Source: the human T2T-CHM13v2.0 reference genome, Homo sapiens
Assembly: GCF_009914755.1 (NCBI RefSeq)
Contig: NC_060929.1
DNA: 64,000 bases
Reading direction: 5' to 3' (one strand)
Below the pieces are notes generated by a model. The model worked only from the letters and a program-made list of their open reading frames with translations, ran no database searches and was not told where the DNA came from. The position numbers were made by a program, and so were the translations under genes. Shown here one piece after another: positions 12,831 through 26,830 of this stretch. The stretch's first letter is position 1; every line of letters begins with the position of its first letter.

Positions 12831-14459
12831 GAGATCAACAAATTGAGGCTAAAAGATCAATAAATTGGGGCTATTTTTGCAGACCCATTTTCCTGGAAAA
12901 TGAAAGTTCTCACATTCTGGCTTGCAGTTCATTTTTTAACTTTATACAATATATTTTAAATATAATATCAGATTAAATTTTATCTATAAAACATGTTAAG
13001 ATATTCCCTGAGGTAATAAGGTCAGGGGCAGTGGTATAGTAGGGAAAATTCCTAACTTGCAGTTAGACATGGGCCTTAGAAGGTGAGGTCTGTTGTTGTT
13101 TAGGCCCCTGGCTATTCCCCAGTGAGATACAACGTCTTGTATACCATGTCTTGCCCTTCTGAATTGAATATTGTTAGTTTTGCTGCTGTGCTAATATAGA
13201 AATGAGAGTGACAATTATGCAAATAAATATTTGCTTAATATAACAAATTGTTCTATTTTGGCTCCTTTAGCTGTGCTGTCCGATTTTTTTTTTAAATAAG
13301 CTGACATTGGAAATAAAAGAAATGTAATAATTACCATGGGAAATATAGTTTAAAGATGGGAAAGGAGCTAAAATAGCAGTTGTAGAAAAGGGATTCAAAA
13401 TCATTTGATGTTACCAACTGTACAATTAATGGGGCTCCAAGGAGAGGAAGGAGTGAGTGAGTTCCCAGAGCTATTAAGATTCCATCAGCCCCTCTCTTGC
13501 TTTTAGCAGTCCTGTTGTGTACCTTTGACAGTTGGCATGGATTCAAACGCAGAGGGTGCTTTGCTTGGAAATTCTCTCACCCACGCAAAGAAGGATGGGG
13601 ACAAATTAATGTGATGCATAGAAATGGAAGCCACAACATACCACCAAGCAAGTATCCGTAACTAAATCATCCCTATAATTCCTCATATATGCTTAACCCC
13701 CTTGATCTCTTCTCTCCCCACCTCTTTTTCCCCTTCAGTTTCTTATTGTCATTTTTTTTTTCTTTTTTAAAGAAAAAACTTCATCTGATCTGGCAGAGAA
13801 TGATAAACCTCCAAAGTAGGCATTTTTTGTTTTAATGACAAATGTTATCCTAGGGCAGCAAGGGAGGCCGGGATGTACACACAGAGTTATCTAGTTATAA
13901 CTGTGACAATGGCTGGTAAGGGGAGAGCTTGGGAAAGCTCTTCCATCAAATGGCTGGGTGCGTTTTCTCTTCTGTGGAGAATCTGAGTCAGCATGAGGGA
14001 TCTTCTCATTGCCCACTACAAAGGCTTGGGGGGATTAGTTAAGATTGTAGACCTTGCCCTTATCAGAGTGGTCAGAATACAGGTAACATTAGCCCCTTCT
14101 TTGTCTTCGTCCCAAAGAAGGCAATAGGAAACCCTTTGTGATTTCCGGGCTTGGATTGAGTTTAAGATGCTTCTCTGAATTGATGGTACACCTCAGGTGG
14201 AGCTACCTCATTCTCTAGGCAGTCTTGTGTCCAGGTGGAATTTGGGCAGTGAGGGGTGGGGGTGGGAAGGGAGATTTAAGGTTCTGGCTAAGGCTATTGG
14301 GAAGAAAAATGTTTGCTATTTGTTTTCGTTTAACTGGCCCATCATTCTCCTAAATAGCTTTAGAGAGAGAGCAAAAAAAGAATAGGGTTTGTTTGTCTAA
14401 CTTTAAGATATTAAAATAGTGGGATAGAATGGGCCATTAAAAATGGTTCTAGAGAGCAC

Positions 14460-14730
14460 CACAAATGCTAACATGGAAACACATGCATAATATATTGTGG
14501 AGGAAATAAAAACAGGTCATGAATTAATATGTATGATATCACTTTCTTTAAAAAAAAAGTATGTGTGTATTTGGGGGTAAAAGTGTCTAGGAAAAAATAA
14601 ATGTTAATAGAGGTTGCCTTGGAAGGAGGATTTGGACAGCTTTGCATTTTTTCTCTTTGCTTATCTATATTCCCCCTTTTTTCCTACAATGTTCAAGCTT
14701 TATTTCCATAAATTTCTATTTTAAATGAAA
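14460..14730 (+). mobile_element. Ancient L1 (L1ME-type) 3' UTR fragment
   Basis: 'acatggaaacacatgcataatatattg...aaatgttaatagaggttgcc...ttttctctttgcttatctatatt'. Confidence 0.6.
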
Positions 14731-15129
14731 AGTTTGAAAAGTAAGATACCAAGGAAGGGAAGAAAATAAAAATGGGGGTTCCAAAGTCAGATCTAGCTGA
14801 GGCCCTAGCTGTGGGAATGTAATAATTTAACATGCATGACCATGCTTTGTAAAAACACACACCTCCTGTGGATATGGAGTTGTGTTTACTAGTATTTACC
14901 TCCTTCCGTTTTGGGAGAGCTGAGCCTTTCCTTAAGAATTTTCTGTGGCTGACAGGGTGGTGGCTGTGTGCTCCCCACAGGAACACCCGCCATCCTCCAT
15001 AGTCCCCACAGAGCCCCACCAGCTTCCAGCTGGCCTCATTGTGGTGGTGGCAGTGGTATGTATGCATGTATGAAGGAAAGGCACTCCTGGACATTAGTCA
15101 GAGGAAAATGAGACATATGTAGAAACAGC

Positions 15130-15370
15130 TCCTAGATAGAATTGTGGCAACAAAGGGGTTCAAACAGCTTGGAATTCAAACCCTAGCCTCCCGTATATAT
15201 GTATGTATGAGACAAGCCACATGCCTGGCCTAATCGCAGCTTCCTCATTCAGCAAAGACAATAACCCTGATGGCTCACTTGCTGGGCTATCATGACATAG
15301 GAGAAAATGAGTGTGTAGCATTTGGCAGGCAGCCTGGCATGAACCAAGTGCCCAATGCATGTCAGCTGCT
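15130..15370 (+). mobile_element. MIR SINE
   Basis: 'cttggaattcaaaccctagc...gcttcctcattcagcaaa...gcctggcatgaaccaagtgcccaa'. Confidence 0.65.
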
Positions 15371-15789
15371 GCTCATCCACCCAACAGTCCTTGCAGATGA
15401 CATTCAGTGCTGATCAGCAGTTACTGTTACTGTTACAAACTATCTGGTAATGGGAAAAATCGTTATTGCATGACCCATTAATAACTGGATGGTAGGAGGA
15501 AGTAGCACCCAATGTACTACATTCTTTTGATACCAACTATCTCATCTTGGTGTTTGCAATGCAACAGGCTTGGTCCTCCAAATGGTTTCAGGGCTTTATT
15601 ATATTCTGCCCAAGAGGATTTTCTTTGCCTAACTCAAGAAACAGGGCAAAAGATCAGAGAGAGAACGGCTATTGCAATGGTGAATAAATAAGGCTGTAAT
15701 CTGACCACTCTTCCCACGCAGTGCTGCAAGCCTTGTGACTCATTTTTACAGCTTTGCCCTGACTGCTAGATCAGGGCATTTCTTGGACA

Positions 15790-16000
15790 TTCACTGGGTA
15801 TAGTGCAACAGCATGGAGGATGACAAGCAGGTCCCCTCTGATGCCTGCAGATCTGTTTGAATCCTGGATTCTCTATCCCTTAGTGATCTCCTGTGCAAGC
15901 ACCTTACCTGTCTCACTCAACTGTTTTAAGAATGGGAAATGATGTATTTAAAGAGTCTAGCATAATATCTACATAGAATAGGCACTTAATATATTTTTAT
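15790..16000 (+). mobile_element. MIR SINE
   Basis: 'gatctgtttgaatcctggattc' and 3' end 'acatagaataggcacttaatatat'. Confidence 0.6.
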
Positions 16001-16249
16001 TATTACTCCTCTTACTACCAAACTGAATTCAAAACAAAAGGGATGATAATCCATTTCTATCCTGTGAGGGACAAACAGCCCCTAGTGTTAGGCTCTGTTC
16101 TGAACACCATGATAACAAGGATCTAATACACTGGAGGTGTGTCTGGAAAAGATCAAGGAGATGAGAACAGTCAGTGCTGGGTGATGTCATGCTTGGCTGA
16201 CACAAGGATGCTTAGTTGGACATTGACAAGAGAAGATACCTTTTTGCAA

Positions 16250-16500
16250 AGAATAGTAATAAAAGTAACAACAACAATTAATATTAATTACTGGTCGTTA
16301 TATGCCCAACCCTGTTCTAATTTCATTGCACGCGATAAATTTGTTAATCCTCACAACAATTATTTAAGGTATATTGTCCCCATTTTAGAGATGAGAAACT
16401 GGGTCATAGGAAGGTTAACTAACTGATATATTTGGGAAATGGGATTTGAAGCTGGGGCATCCAGCTTCTGTGTCCGTGCTCTGCCCCACTGTGTCATACC
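16250..16500 (-). mobile_element. MIR SINE
   Basis: 'taatcctcacaacaat...cccattttagagatgagaaactgggtcataggaaggttaa'. Confidence 0.85.
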
Positions 16501-16629
16501 CACCTCCCTTATCTAACGAGGCTGCCCTGGGGAAGGGAAATTAAACATGCTCCATTACCGAAGGAGGGCAAAATAGGTTCTATAGAAGAAACTTCAAGGA
16601 GAGAGATCTCTATATAAGAAAGGTTATCA

Positions 16630-16795
16630 GCAGTGATTCAAAGATTGGCTACCATTGGAGTTAGCAAGTCTTCTTTACTAGAAGTGTTTAAGTAGTTGTT
16701 GGCCATCTGGGCTGGAAAAGTTTTGAGAGGATTCTAGCATCTGGAAAATGGTTACAGTAAAGAAACTCTAAGTCTCCTTGCAACTTTAAGATTCT
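16630..16795 (+). mobile_element. L3/CR1 LINE 3' end
   Basis: 'actagaagtgtttaag...aactctaagtctccttgcaactttaagattct' matches the CR1/L3 terminus. Confidence 0.55.
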
Positions 16796-17523
16796 CCTGT
16801 GCCTAGCCTAACTGGCATTTTAAATAAGAATTTGAATGAATAACTGAATTCAATGAATCCATGAACATATCAGATCAGAGATTCACCTGATATGTGCAGA
16901 GCAATGATGACCTTTTCTTCCAGAAGCCTACAATGCTTAGTGACTTTAGATATGTCCATCAACAGAAAAGGTTATCCTTATATTGTAATTTTATATTTGA
17001 CTATTTTCTTTGGTATAATTGGATGTAAAAATCTTTGCCCACAAGAGATAATGCCTACCTACTATAAAGTAGAGCACATATTAGAAGCCCTAATGAATGA
17101 TGATGTCCATAGAAATATGATTCAGTTCCAGGTGAATATCCTAGATGCTGCCAAGGTGTCCCAGGTCAGAGATCTATCCTGAACCAGTCATTCATTCATT
17201 TACCAAGCACTGATTTTATTTAACTTAACCCTTACTATGTGCCAACTCTTGCACCAAGAAGAATGAGGAAGACCCTATTATCAAGGGAGGGCATTTGCCA
17301 CGCAATGTAATAGATAAACATGGGGTAGAGAAAGCATGGGTGATGCCTCAGGGACTAGATAAACTAAGCCTTGTGGGGCAGGGAAGTTTCGAGGAGAACT
17401 CCAAGCTGAAGAAACTGGATATTCAAGGACCTAGAGGCAGGTAGAGGGCCAGGCACACAAGAGGCCCTTGATAAATAGTTTATTCACTGAATACAATGGA
17501 CCTGTGGGCTGCATCACATAGAC

Positions 17524-17697
17524 CAGTGGTTCTCAAAATATGGTCCCCAGACCAACAGCTTCAGCATCATCTGGGACCTCGTTAGAAATGCAAATGCTCA
17601 GGCCCAACCCCAGATCTGACTTAGAAACTCTGGAGATGAGGCCCAGCACTCTGTATTTTAACAAGTCCTCCAAGGGATTCTGATGCATGTTCAAGTT
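17524..17697. mobile_element. MER5A hAT-Charlie DNA transposon
   Basis: 'cagtggttctcaaa...cagcatcatctggga..gttagaaatgcaaat..tgtattttaacaag..ctccaagggattctgatgcatg'. Confidence 0.9.
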
Positions 17698-18439
17698 CCT
17701 TGCCCCACCCCTAAACCAGGCACTCAAGTCGAATTAAGCCAAATAAATCTTCCCCCAAAATACACACACATACACATACACCCCAAATGACATGCTTAGT
17801 TCATAGTGGTAGAGTATTATTTCTTAGAAAAGGGAAAGCTCTTCTGCAGGTAGATTATGCACAGCATTCTCCCAGTTTCAGAAAGGCAGATGGTCCAAGG
17901 GGTTAGAATCTAGAACAATAACACATAAGAGGCTGGTAACCTGCTAGCTCTGGCAGGCAGCCCATACACCCTCTCTGTTGATGGGAACAACATCAAGAAT
18001 TCCCTTTTGTTCTCATAGGAGTGAATGGAAATCTGCCACTGATTTCCCTGGGACATTCCAAAGTGGGGATGCAGGTCTGCTTAATGGGTCTCCAAGGACA
18101 GCCCTGAGAATGGGGCTGTGTGTCTCTAAACAAACCAAGGAAATAGAAAGTGAAAACAAACATGGACATTTATTTTCCTAACTTGCCAATTGCAAACAGA
18201 ATTTTGTTTAATAAACCATGAAATGATTCACAGAGGTCTGTGTATTATTCTGAAGTACAGCTGGCTAATGTAAAAGAATCTTTTTTTCTTAGTCTTTCAG
18301 GCCATATATACAATTCCCAGGCATGCCAATTTGTATTTATTTATTGGTAAGGCCTGAATCTGCTTTCTGAGTAGGTGATTGGGAATCTCATTGTCGATTG
18401 GGCATTGTAAACAAGAACCTGCAGCGGGGAATGAGCCTA

Positions 18440-19212
18440 TATAAATCTCAGACACATCCTCTCAGCTCCACAGCCCCCACTCCAGCCCAGGTCTTCATCC
18501 CCACCAATAGGTAACTTCAATCATCTCCAAAATAGTCTTCCCAGATAATGCCACTACTTCTTTCCAGTTTTACTTCTATGTTCAGCCAGAGTGAATTTTT
18601 TAATGCATATCTGATTATGTCAACCACTTGCTTACAATAATACCTTCAAAAAGTTCCCAGTGTAATTATAATATATGCTTCTTACTATGGCCATCTGTCT
18701 GGCATGTGGCCCTTTCTACCTCTCATCTGTCTTTCACAGTGTGGCTCATTTCACTCCAGTCATACCCTTCCTCCTGGTTTTCAATTCATGGAAATTGCTT
18801 TCTTTTTCTCTGCCTCAGGGCCTTTGTACTGGCTGTTGACTCTGCTGTAAGTGCTCTCACTTTTTCTCTTCACTCAGCTATGTTAGATGCATGCTTGTGG
18901 TCTTTCCTATCTGAGTTAACGCTTCCTCAGGGAGCTCTTTACCTCAACTCCACCAGACCCCAAAGACTGGCTCACGTTCTTCTGTTATATACTTGGAACA
19001 TTTCTTGGATGACTTCCACATAAGCATTATCAAAATTGTAAGAAAATAATTGTTAACTTGCCTGCATAATATCTTCTTTCCTGGTAGAATACAAGTTTCT
19101 TAAGAGCAAGGACAATGACTGTTCTGTTCACTACTACATTCCCAGCACCTGGTTCAGTATGTAGCATAGAGTGCATTTCCATCAATATCCTCTGAATGAC
19201 CCAGTGAATAAA
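18440..19212 (+). mobile_element. L2 LINE 3' portion
   Basis: 'atctgattatgtcaacc', 'cctcagggcctttgtactggctgtt', tail 'cccagcacctggttcagtatgtagcataga...gaatgacccagtgaataaat'. Confidence 0.8.
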
Positions 19213-19523
19213 TCAAGTCTTTATAAGGATTTGGGATTTCTAGAGCAGTTTAAAGGAAGTGAGAGAGACATGTTAGATCTGGGGTGAAGACCATTTCAAG
19301 GATAGGAAATCATTTTGGAAAAAGTCAAATTCAGACAAATTTTTAGGTAGGGGACTTTGAAACAGAAACCACAGAATAAAAACTTGTCATTTATGGGTTT
19401 TCATACATAAGGCTCTACTGTTGCTATAGCCCATGAGTCATTTTCCAAATGGAAGGGAAAGGCAGATAACCCTAGCACTGTAATACAGAATGCTTCTTTT
19501 TACTTCAAGTTGGATACATTGTT

Positions 19524-20909
19524 AACTGTACTACAGGGCTATAGTAACCCACACAGCATGGTACCAGTACAAAAACAGGCACATAGATTAATGGAACAGA
19601 ATAGAGAGCCCAGAAATAAGGCAGCACACCTACAAACATCTAATCTTTGACAAAGCTGATGAATGCAAGCAATGGAGAAAGGACTCCCTGTTCAATAAAT
19701 GGTGCTAGGATAACTGGCTAGCCATATGCAGAATATTGAAACAGGACCCCTTCCCTATACCATCTAAAAAAATCAACTCAAGATGGATTAAAGACCTTAA
19801 CGTAAAACCCAAATCTATAAAAACCCAGGGAGACATCCTAGGCAATACCATCCTGGACATAGGAAAGGGTAAAGATTTTATGACAAGGACACCAAAAGCA
19901 CTCACAACGAAACCAAAAATTGACAAGTGGGATCTAATTAAAGAGCTTCTGCATAGCAAAAGAAACTATCAGAGTAAACAGACAGCCTACAGAATGGGAG
20001 AAAACACTTTCAAACTGTGCATCTGCCAACGGTCTAATATCCAGGACTACAAGGAACTTAAATTTACAAAAAAAAAAAAAAAGCGATTAAAAAGTGGGCA
20101 TAGGACTTGAACAGACACTTTTCAAAAGAAGATATAGATGCAGCCAACAATCTTATGAAAAAAATCTCTATCACTTGATCATTAGAGAAATGCAAATCAA
20201 AACCACAATGAGACCATCTCACATCAGCCAGAATGGCTATTAATAAAAAGTCAAAAAGTAACAGATGGGGAGAGGCGATGAAGAAAAGGGAACGCTTATG
20301 CACTGTTGATGGGGGTGTAAATTAGTTCAACCATTGTGGAAAGCAAGGTGGTGATTCCTCAAAGAGCTGAAAACAGAACTAACATTCAAACCAGTAATCC
20401 CATTACTGGGAATATACCTAAAGGAATATAAATCATTCTATCTTAAAGATGTATGTGAGTGTTCATTGCAACACTATTTACAATAGCAAAGACATGGAAT
20501 CAACCTAAATGCCCATCAATGGTAGATTGGATAAAGAAAATGTGGTACATATACACCATGGAACACTAAACAGCCATAAAAATAATAAGATCATGTCCTT
20601 TGCAGAAACATGGATGGAGTTGGAGGCCATTATCTTAAGCAAACTAATGCAGGAACAGAAAACCAAATACTGCATGTTCTCACTTATAAGTGTGAGCTAA
20701 ACAATGAGACACATAGAGGGAAACAATAGACACTGGGGCTTACCTGAGGGTGGAGGGTGGTAAGAAGATGAAAAGAAAAAATAACTATTGGGTACTAGGT
20801 TTAGTAACTGGGCAATGAAATAATCTGTACAACAAACCCCTGTGACATGAGTTTACCTATGTAATGAACGTGCACATGTACCCTAGAACCTAAAAGTTAA
20901 AAAAAAAAA
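19524..20909 (+). mobile_element. 5'-truncated L1 (L1PA15/16-like): disrupted ORF2 C-terminus, 3' UTR and poly(A)
   Basis: ORF2-like translations ([15 protein letters not shown]; MSFAETWMELEAIILSKLMQEQKTKYCMFSLIS), 3' UTR 'aataactattgggtactagg...aatctgtacaacaaacccctgtgac', A tail at about 20899-20909; frameshifted. Confidence 0.92.
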
Positions 20910-21618
20910 CCTTTATGGTTTATTAAATTAATTTCTTTTCAGAGTTCAGAAGCAAGAGCAATTTCCTCTTGCCATTAGCATCTAAAGGCCTTGATTCCCA
21001 TAACATTGGCTTTCTAGAAATATTCCCCATAGACAAACCCAAAAATGGAGACTCTAAGGACCGAGAAAGCTGGATTTGGGGTTAAGGAGTAGGCAATTAA
21101 TACAATTTATAAAGTGGTTTCTCTTAGGTCTTTTTCAGTGTTTTATCGGGAAGAGTCAGCTGTCTTAGCTATTATTGCAGAGTTGTGCTGACCAGGAGAA
21201 ATATATAAAGGAAGTCCTCTACTTTCAAATAAAGTTAGTGTCTTGAGCTAAACAAAGTGTCAAGACCACATCTTCTCTCAACACACATGCACACACGTGT
21301 GCACACACACACGGAGTACATTGGACCCTGTGTTGCCTGGGACACCAAGACAGCTTCTATCCCACATTCACTGATCACAACATGCCAACATCACACGGTT
21401 AGATCTCGGCTTGACTTGCAGATATTCTGAATCCCCTAAGGGATGCCAGGAAGACCTCCTTTTTTTTTTTTCCTCTCCTCCCAAATATTTGCTACTAATG
21501 CCTCGGCTGTCTGAAACTACAATCATATCAAATGAAGTATAAACTAGCCTGCATATGTTCCTAGCAGAGAGCCTAGTATATAGTGGTCATTCAGTAAATG
21601 GTAGAAAGAGCACTAGGG

Positions 21619-21793
21619 CAGTGGTTTTCAACCTTGGCTGTACTTTAGAATCAATGAGGAAGCTTTTCTAAAATACAGATGTCTGGACCCCCTCCGAGAT
21701 TCTGATTTAATTGTTCTGTAGTGGGGCCTATGCATCAGCATTTTTAGTTTCACCCCAGGTGATCTTTCAAGCAGACAGCACTAGGAGCCACTG
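21619..21793. mobile_element. MER5B-like hAT-Charlie DNA transposon
   Basis: Termini 'cagtggttttcaacc' and 'gagccactg'; internal 'gagattctgatttaattg'. Confidence 0.85.
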
Positions 21794-23408
21794 TCATTCA
21801 GACATGAAGTGGAGTGGTTGAACACATCGTTTCCTACAGCTGACTTGAAGGGCACACTTTGCTTAGGATTGGGCCCATAGCCTCCATAGTTTAAGGGAGG
21901 AAAGAGTTCCTCTAATGACCAAGGCCCGAGAGAAAACTAAGACCTCTTCCTGGGTATAAATCAAGACTTCTGCCCTTTCCCTCTACCCTGTCCATGGCTT
22001 CCCTGTTTATGACCCAAGGAGAACCAAAATGGTAAAATTATATAAATTATAAAGAGCTCTTTTGTCAAGGTAAATGGCTAAAATTACCCTTAGCAGTTTT
22101 AACTTTGAAAAACAGATATAATAGCATCCTTGAAGGGAAAAATCTTCTTTCTCTTAACTTTTATTCACCTTCATTTAATTTTTAAATATGTAGTAAACAT
22201 GATTGTAGGGCTTCTCATTAACTGGGGTATCTTACAGTCATAATTTTTGATACACAACATTACTTACCAATTAGCCTGTCTTGTTCGTTTAAATTTCTTT
22301 GCTCATATTTTAATGGGAGCTAATGATGCCTTTGTTGACTTATTTAATGTTATGTAAATGTGGCTATAAACTGTGAAGGGTTTAAGCAGAAGCACTATTT
22401 TTGCTTACTCTTCAGATTTTGGAGTGTGTAGAATCCCCAGGAAACACACATATCAACACAATGGGTGTAAGCTACTGACGAGACCAAATAACAATAATTT
22501 CTAAACCAAGCGGTGAAGGATATTTAGAATATGAAGTTTTTATTTTCCTCTGGGTTAATTGTTTATTTGAGTTTCAAAGGAGTTTCAGAGTTAGCTTCAC
22601 AGAAGTTGTTTTTCTTTTTCTACTCCCATAATTACCCAGCAATAGGCCAGCCTAAGATCATCTTCTAAGCTCAGCTAGGGACAGCTGGGCTTAGCAGTGC
22701 CTCTCCTGTTGGGTTTCATGATCCTTGTTCTTAACAGGGTTCTATTCTCTTTCATGGCTGACAGATGTATAATTGAATGAATGAATGAGTTAATTAATTA
22801 ATGAAAACTTTATAATTTCAATGGGTACATAGCTGTTCCTTCTAAGACACTGGCTTCTCAATAATGTCACCTCTGCTCTTCCAACGACCTTGTCCACTTC
22901 CCCAGCTCAGCCACTCACTCCCTTGCCATACCTTGGACCTCATTATCAGCAAAAATCAAACACCATTTTATTTTGGTTTTGTGCACCTCCCTTTCTGCTT
23001 ATCTCCTGATATTCCAACTTCCCCAAGTGCCCCAACTTCAATCATCTTCACCTCCACCAGGAACTCCAATCCATTGATCCTAAATTAAACTTTTCTCTGT
23101 CCCTTAACCACTTAAATCCCATCTTTCCTCCCTACCTCACTTCAATTCTTTGGTAAATTATAATAATCACTTAATGATGTATATCCTTGAATCCCTTGCT
23201 GCTGTTATCAGGTAAAACCACAACCTTGGTTAAATCCAATTTTCTTTCTCCTTTATACTCGCACCATTCAACTGAATGTTGGTGGAGAAAATGGTCTCCC
23301 GTGCTGAATGGACTGACTTTGGAATTATGACCACAAATGTCACATGGCTCTTGGTGCTTCCAGGCAAATACGCTAAACTTCTAGACTATTCTGCTCTCTG
23401 TGGCCACT

Positions 23409-23854
23409 TGTGATAGGTTTGAACTGTGTCGCCCACCAAAATCCATATATTGAAGTCCTTAACCCCAATACCTCAGAATATGACCTTATTTGGGAATAGG
23501 GTCCTCGCAGTTGTAATTAATTAAATTAAGGTCAGCAGGGTGAGCCTTAATCTATGACAGCTGGTGTCCTTATAAAAAGGGGAAATTCAGACATGAAGAC
23601 ACACACACCGAGAACACCATGTGAAGATGAAGACAGATAGAGGTGGTGCTTCTACAAGCCAAGGAACACCAAAGGTTGCCAGCAAGCCACCAGCAACTGG
23701 GGGAGAGGTCTGGAAAAGATTCTTCCTCACAGCTCCCAGAAGGAACCAGTACTGCCAACCTCTTGATATCAGACTTCTAGATTCCAAGACTGTGAGACAA
23801 TAAATTTTGGTTAAGCCACCCAGTTTGTGGTATTTTGCTATGCAAACAAATATA
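23409..23854 (+). mobile_element. MaLR solo LTR, MLT1C-like
   Basis: TG start, 'gaagtccttaaccccaatacctcagaatatgaccttatttgggaatagggtc', 'tctacaagccaaggaacacc', 'actgtgagacaataaatt'. Confidence 0.88.
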
Positions 23855-24080
23855 TTACTCTATCATACCTTCTCTAGTTCCAACCCTCAACATCCCTTCT
23901 CCAGCTTCACTCTCAGCTGTTGATCCTGCTTCTTCATCCTTCACTGAGAAAAATAGAAACAAGCAGAAGCCCCTAGCCCTACCTCAACCCAGCTACACAG
24001 GCACATGGACTAACTGCCCTCCTTTCTACTGAAAGCCTATCAGGACCATGAGATGCCATCCCCACTCCCTCCTCCGATAA

Positions 24081-24612
<532 letters not shown>

Positions 24613-25859
24613 GAAGAGTTACTTCTCTTCACTGTCCTTAATTCCTTTCTTTTCCCTCTCACAAACCTACCCCAGTCAAGCTATCTCCCTTACAAGCCCA
24701 CAGACATTTCTTTTTCTGGGTCACCAGTGACTTCCATGCTAAATCCAAAGTTCAATTCTTAGTACTCATCTTCCTTGACTTATTGGCAGTATCTGACACA
24801 GTTGATCAAACCTTTCATCCTAAAAACAATCTCTTCACTCAGCTTCTAGGAAACAGGAGACACCAGTGTTCCTTCTCAGTCTCTTTTGCTGATTCTTCTA
24901 CTTCTCCCTGATTTCTCTCTGATGGGTTCCCCAGGGATCAGTCTTTGTTTTCATCCTGTCTCCAATCAGGCTTAGTCTCTTATATCCCTGGTACAGTGCA
25001 CAGTGCTCTCTTCCCAACATCAGACACCAACATGAGGCTGCTTACCTGACATCTCCATTTGAATGAATGTCTGATATTCTAAACTCAATACATCTAAAAT
25101 TAAATTGTTGATCCTCCTCTTCAAATCACTTCTACCTGTGGCTTTCTCCATCTTAGATGATTGCAATGATACCCTCTCCTTTGCTCAGGCCAAAAACCTG
25201 GGAGTCATCCTTGACGTTACTTTTTCTCTCATCTCCCATTGTCCAATCTATCAAGAAATCCTGTTGGCTTCACCTTCACAGCAGATCCAGAATCTAACCA
25301 TTTATCACCACTTGCGTGCCTAGTACTCTAGTTTGAACTTGCTGTCATCTCTTGCCTGAATTACTGCAACAGCCTATGTCTATTCTTAACACAGAAGCCA
25401 AAGTGATCCTTTTAAAATATGTCGGGTCACGTCACTTCGTTCAGAATCCAGCAACAGTTCTTCATTTCATGCAGAGAAGAAATCAAAGCTCTTTCAGTGG
25501 CCTGCAAGGCTTTCCTGACCTGGCCCTCCCTTTGCTTTGCCTCTCTGACTTCCCCTACACACCCCTGCTCGTTCTTCTCCAGCCACACTCTTCTTCACAG
25601 TGGTTCCTTACCATGTCTGCACACTCCCACCTCAGGACCTTTGTACTAACTGTCCCCTCTACTGGGAAGCCCTTCTCCAAGGATCTTCATAGCAAATTCC
25701 TTTATTGTCTTCAAGTCTTTGCTCAAATTTTCTCTTGCCATTGAAACCTGTGCCAACCCCCCTGTTGAATATTGCAACGCGCCCCCACAACACTCCTGAT
25801 CATCCTTAGTATTCACTTCCTCGCCTGTTTTCCACACTATTTATTAACTTCTTTTACGA

Positions 25860-26214
25860 GATGGTTTTGCCTGCTAGGATGAGCATAACGAAATACCAGA
25901 CCAGGCAGCTTAAATAACAGAAATGTGTTTTCTTGCTGTGCTGGAGGCTGGAAGTCTAAGATGAAGGTTTCTTCCGAAGTTTTTCTTTCCTGGAGTGCAG
26001 ATGGCTGCCTTCTTGCTGTGTCTTCACATGTTCTTTTTTCTGCACTCTTGCTCCTGGTGTCCTGTGTCCAAATTTCCTCTTATAAGGACATCAGTCAGAT
26101 TGGATTAAAGCCCACCCCAATGTATCTCCAAATACAGTCACATTCTACATTACTGGGGGTTAGGGACTCAATATATGAATGGGGTGGGAGGGGGCCACAT
26201 TTCAGCCCATAACA
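25860..26214 (-). mobile_element. MaLR solo LTR, MLT1B-like
   Basis: 'ctggaggctggaagtctaagat', 'ccaaatttcctcttataaggacatcagtcagattggatta', ending 'tcagcccataaca'. Confidence 0.85.
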
Positions 26215-26399
26215 CTAGATCTCTTATTACATTAATTACACTGTCTCAACCATCTAGTCCAAAACTCCCACAGGAAAGTAAGCTCATGACCACAAGAATC
26301 TGATCTGTCTTCTTCTCTGCTGAGGCCTCTGTGTAAGGAGCAGTATCTGATATAAGGTAAGCTCTTAATATATATTGAATAAATGAATGGATAGTTGCA

Positions 26400-26830
26400 A
26401 GTCCAGGTTATTGAGAGGAGCAATAAAAAGAGGCTATGTGGGTCACTAGGATTTAGACAATCCAGGCTATAATTCTAGCTACAACACCCTCAGCAAGTAG
26501 CTTATTCTTGCAGAGTATCACCTTCCCCATCTGGAAGAATGAGTGTTCTTGCTGACCCATCGCACTAGAATAGGTGGTTTTAAGGTTTAAATGTAATAAT
26601 GTACATGCATGAGCTTCAGAGTCCTGGATTCTCATTCAGATAACAGAAATAACAGAATCATTGTGTTCACCTTGCAGCAAATAATAATAATGACTGCTAT
26701 CTTCTATAATATTAAGTCCTCACTGCGTGGCAAGCACTGTATTAAGTGGTTGACATTCACTACTTAATTTAATCCTCATAGACATCTGTGAGGAAGTTAC
26801 TACCTTCTCCATTTTTCTAACCAAGAGAAC
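26400..26830. mobile_element. Two MIRs in opposite orientation (+ about 26400-26620, - about 26680-26830)
   Basis: 'ccttccccatctggaagaatgag' then 'tttaatcctcatagacatctgtgagg...ctccatttttc'. Confidence 0.6.

Noticed and set aside
19736-20700. ORFs with clearly protein-like sequence
   Set aside because: Frameshifted remnants of L1 ORF2, not a host gene.
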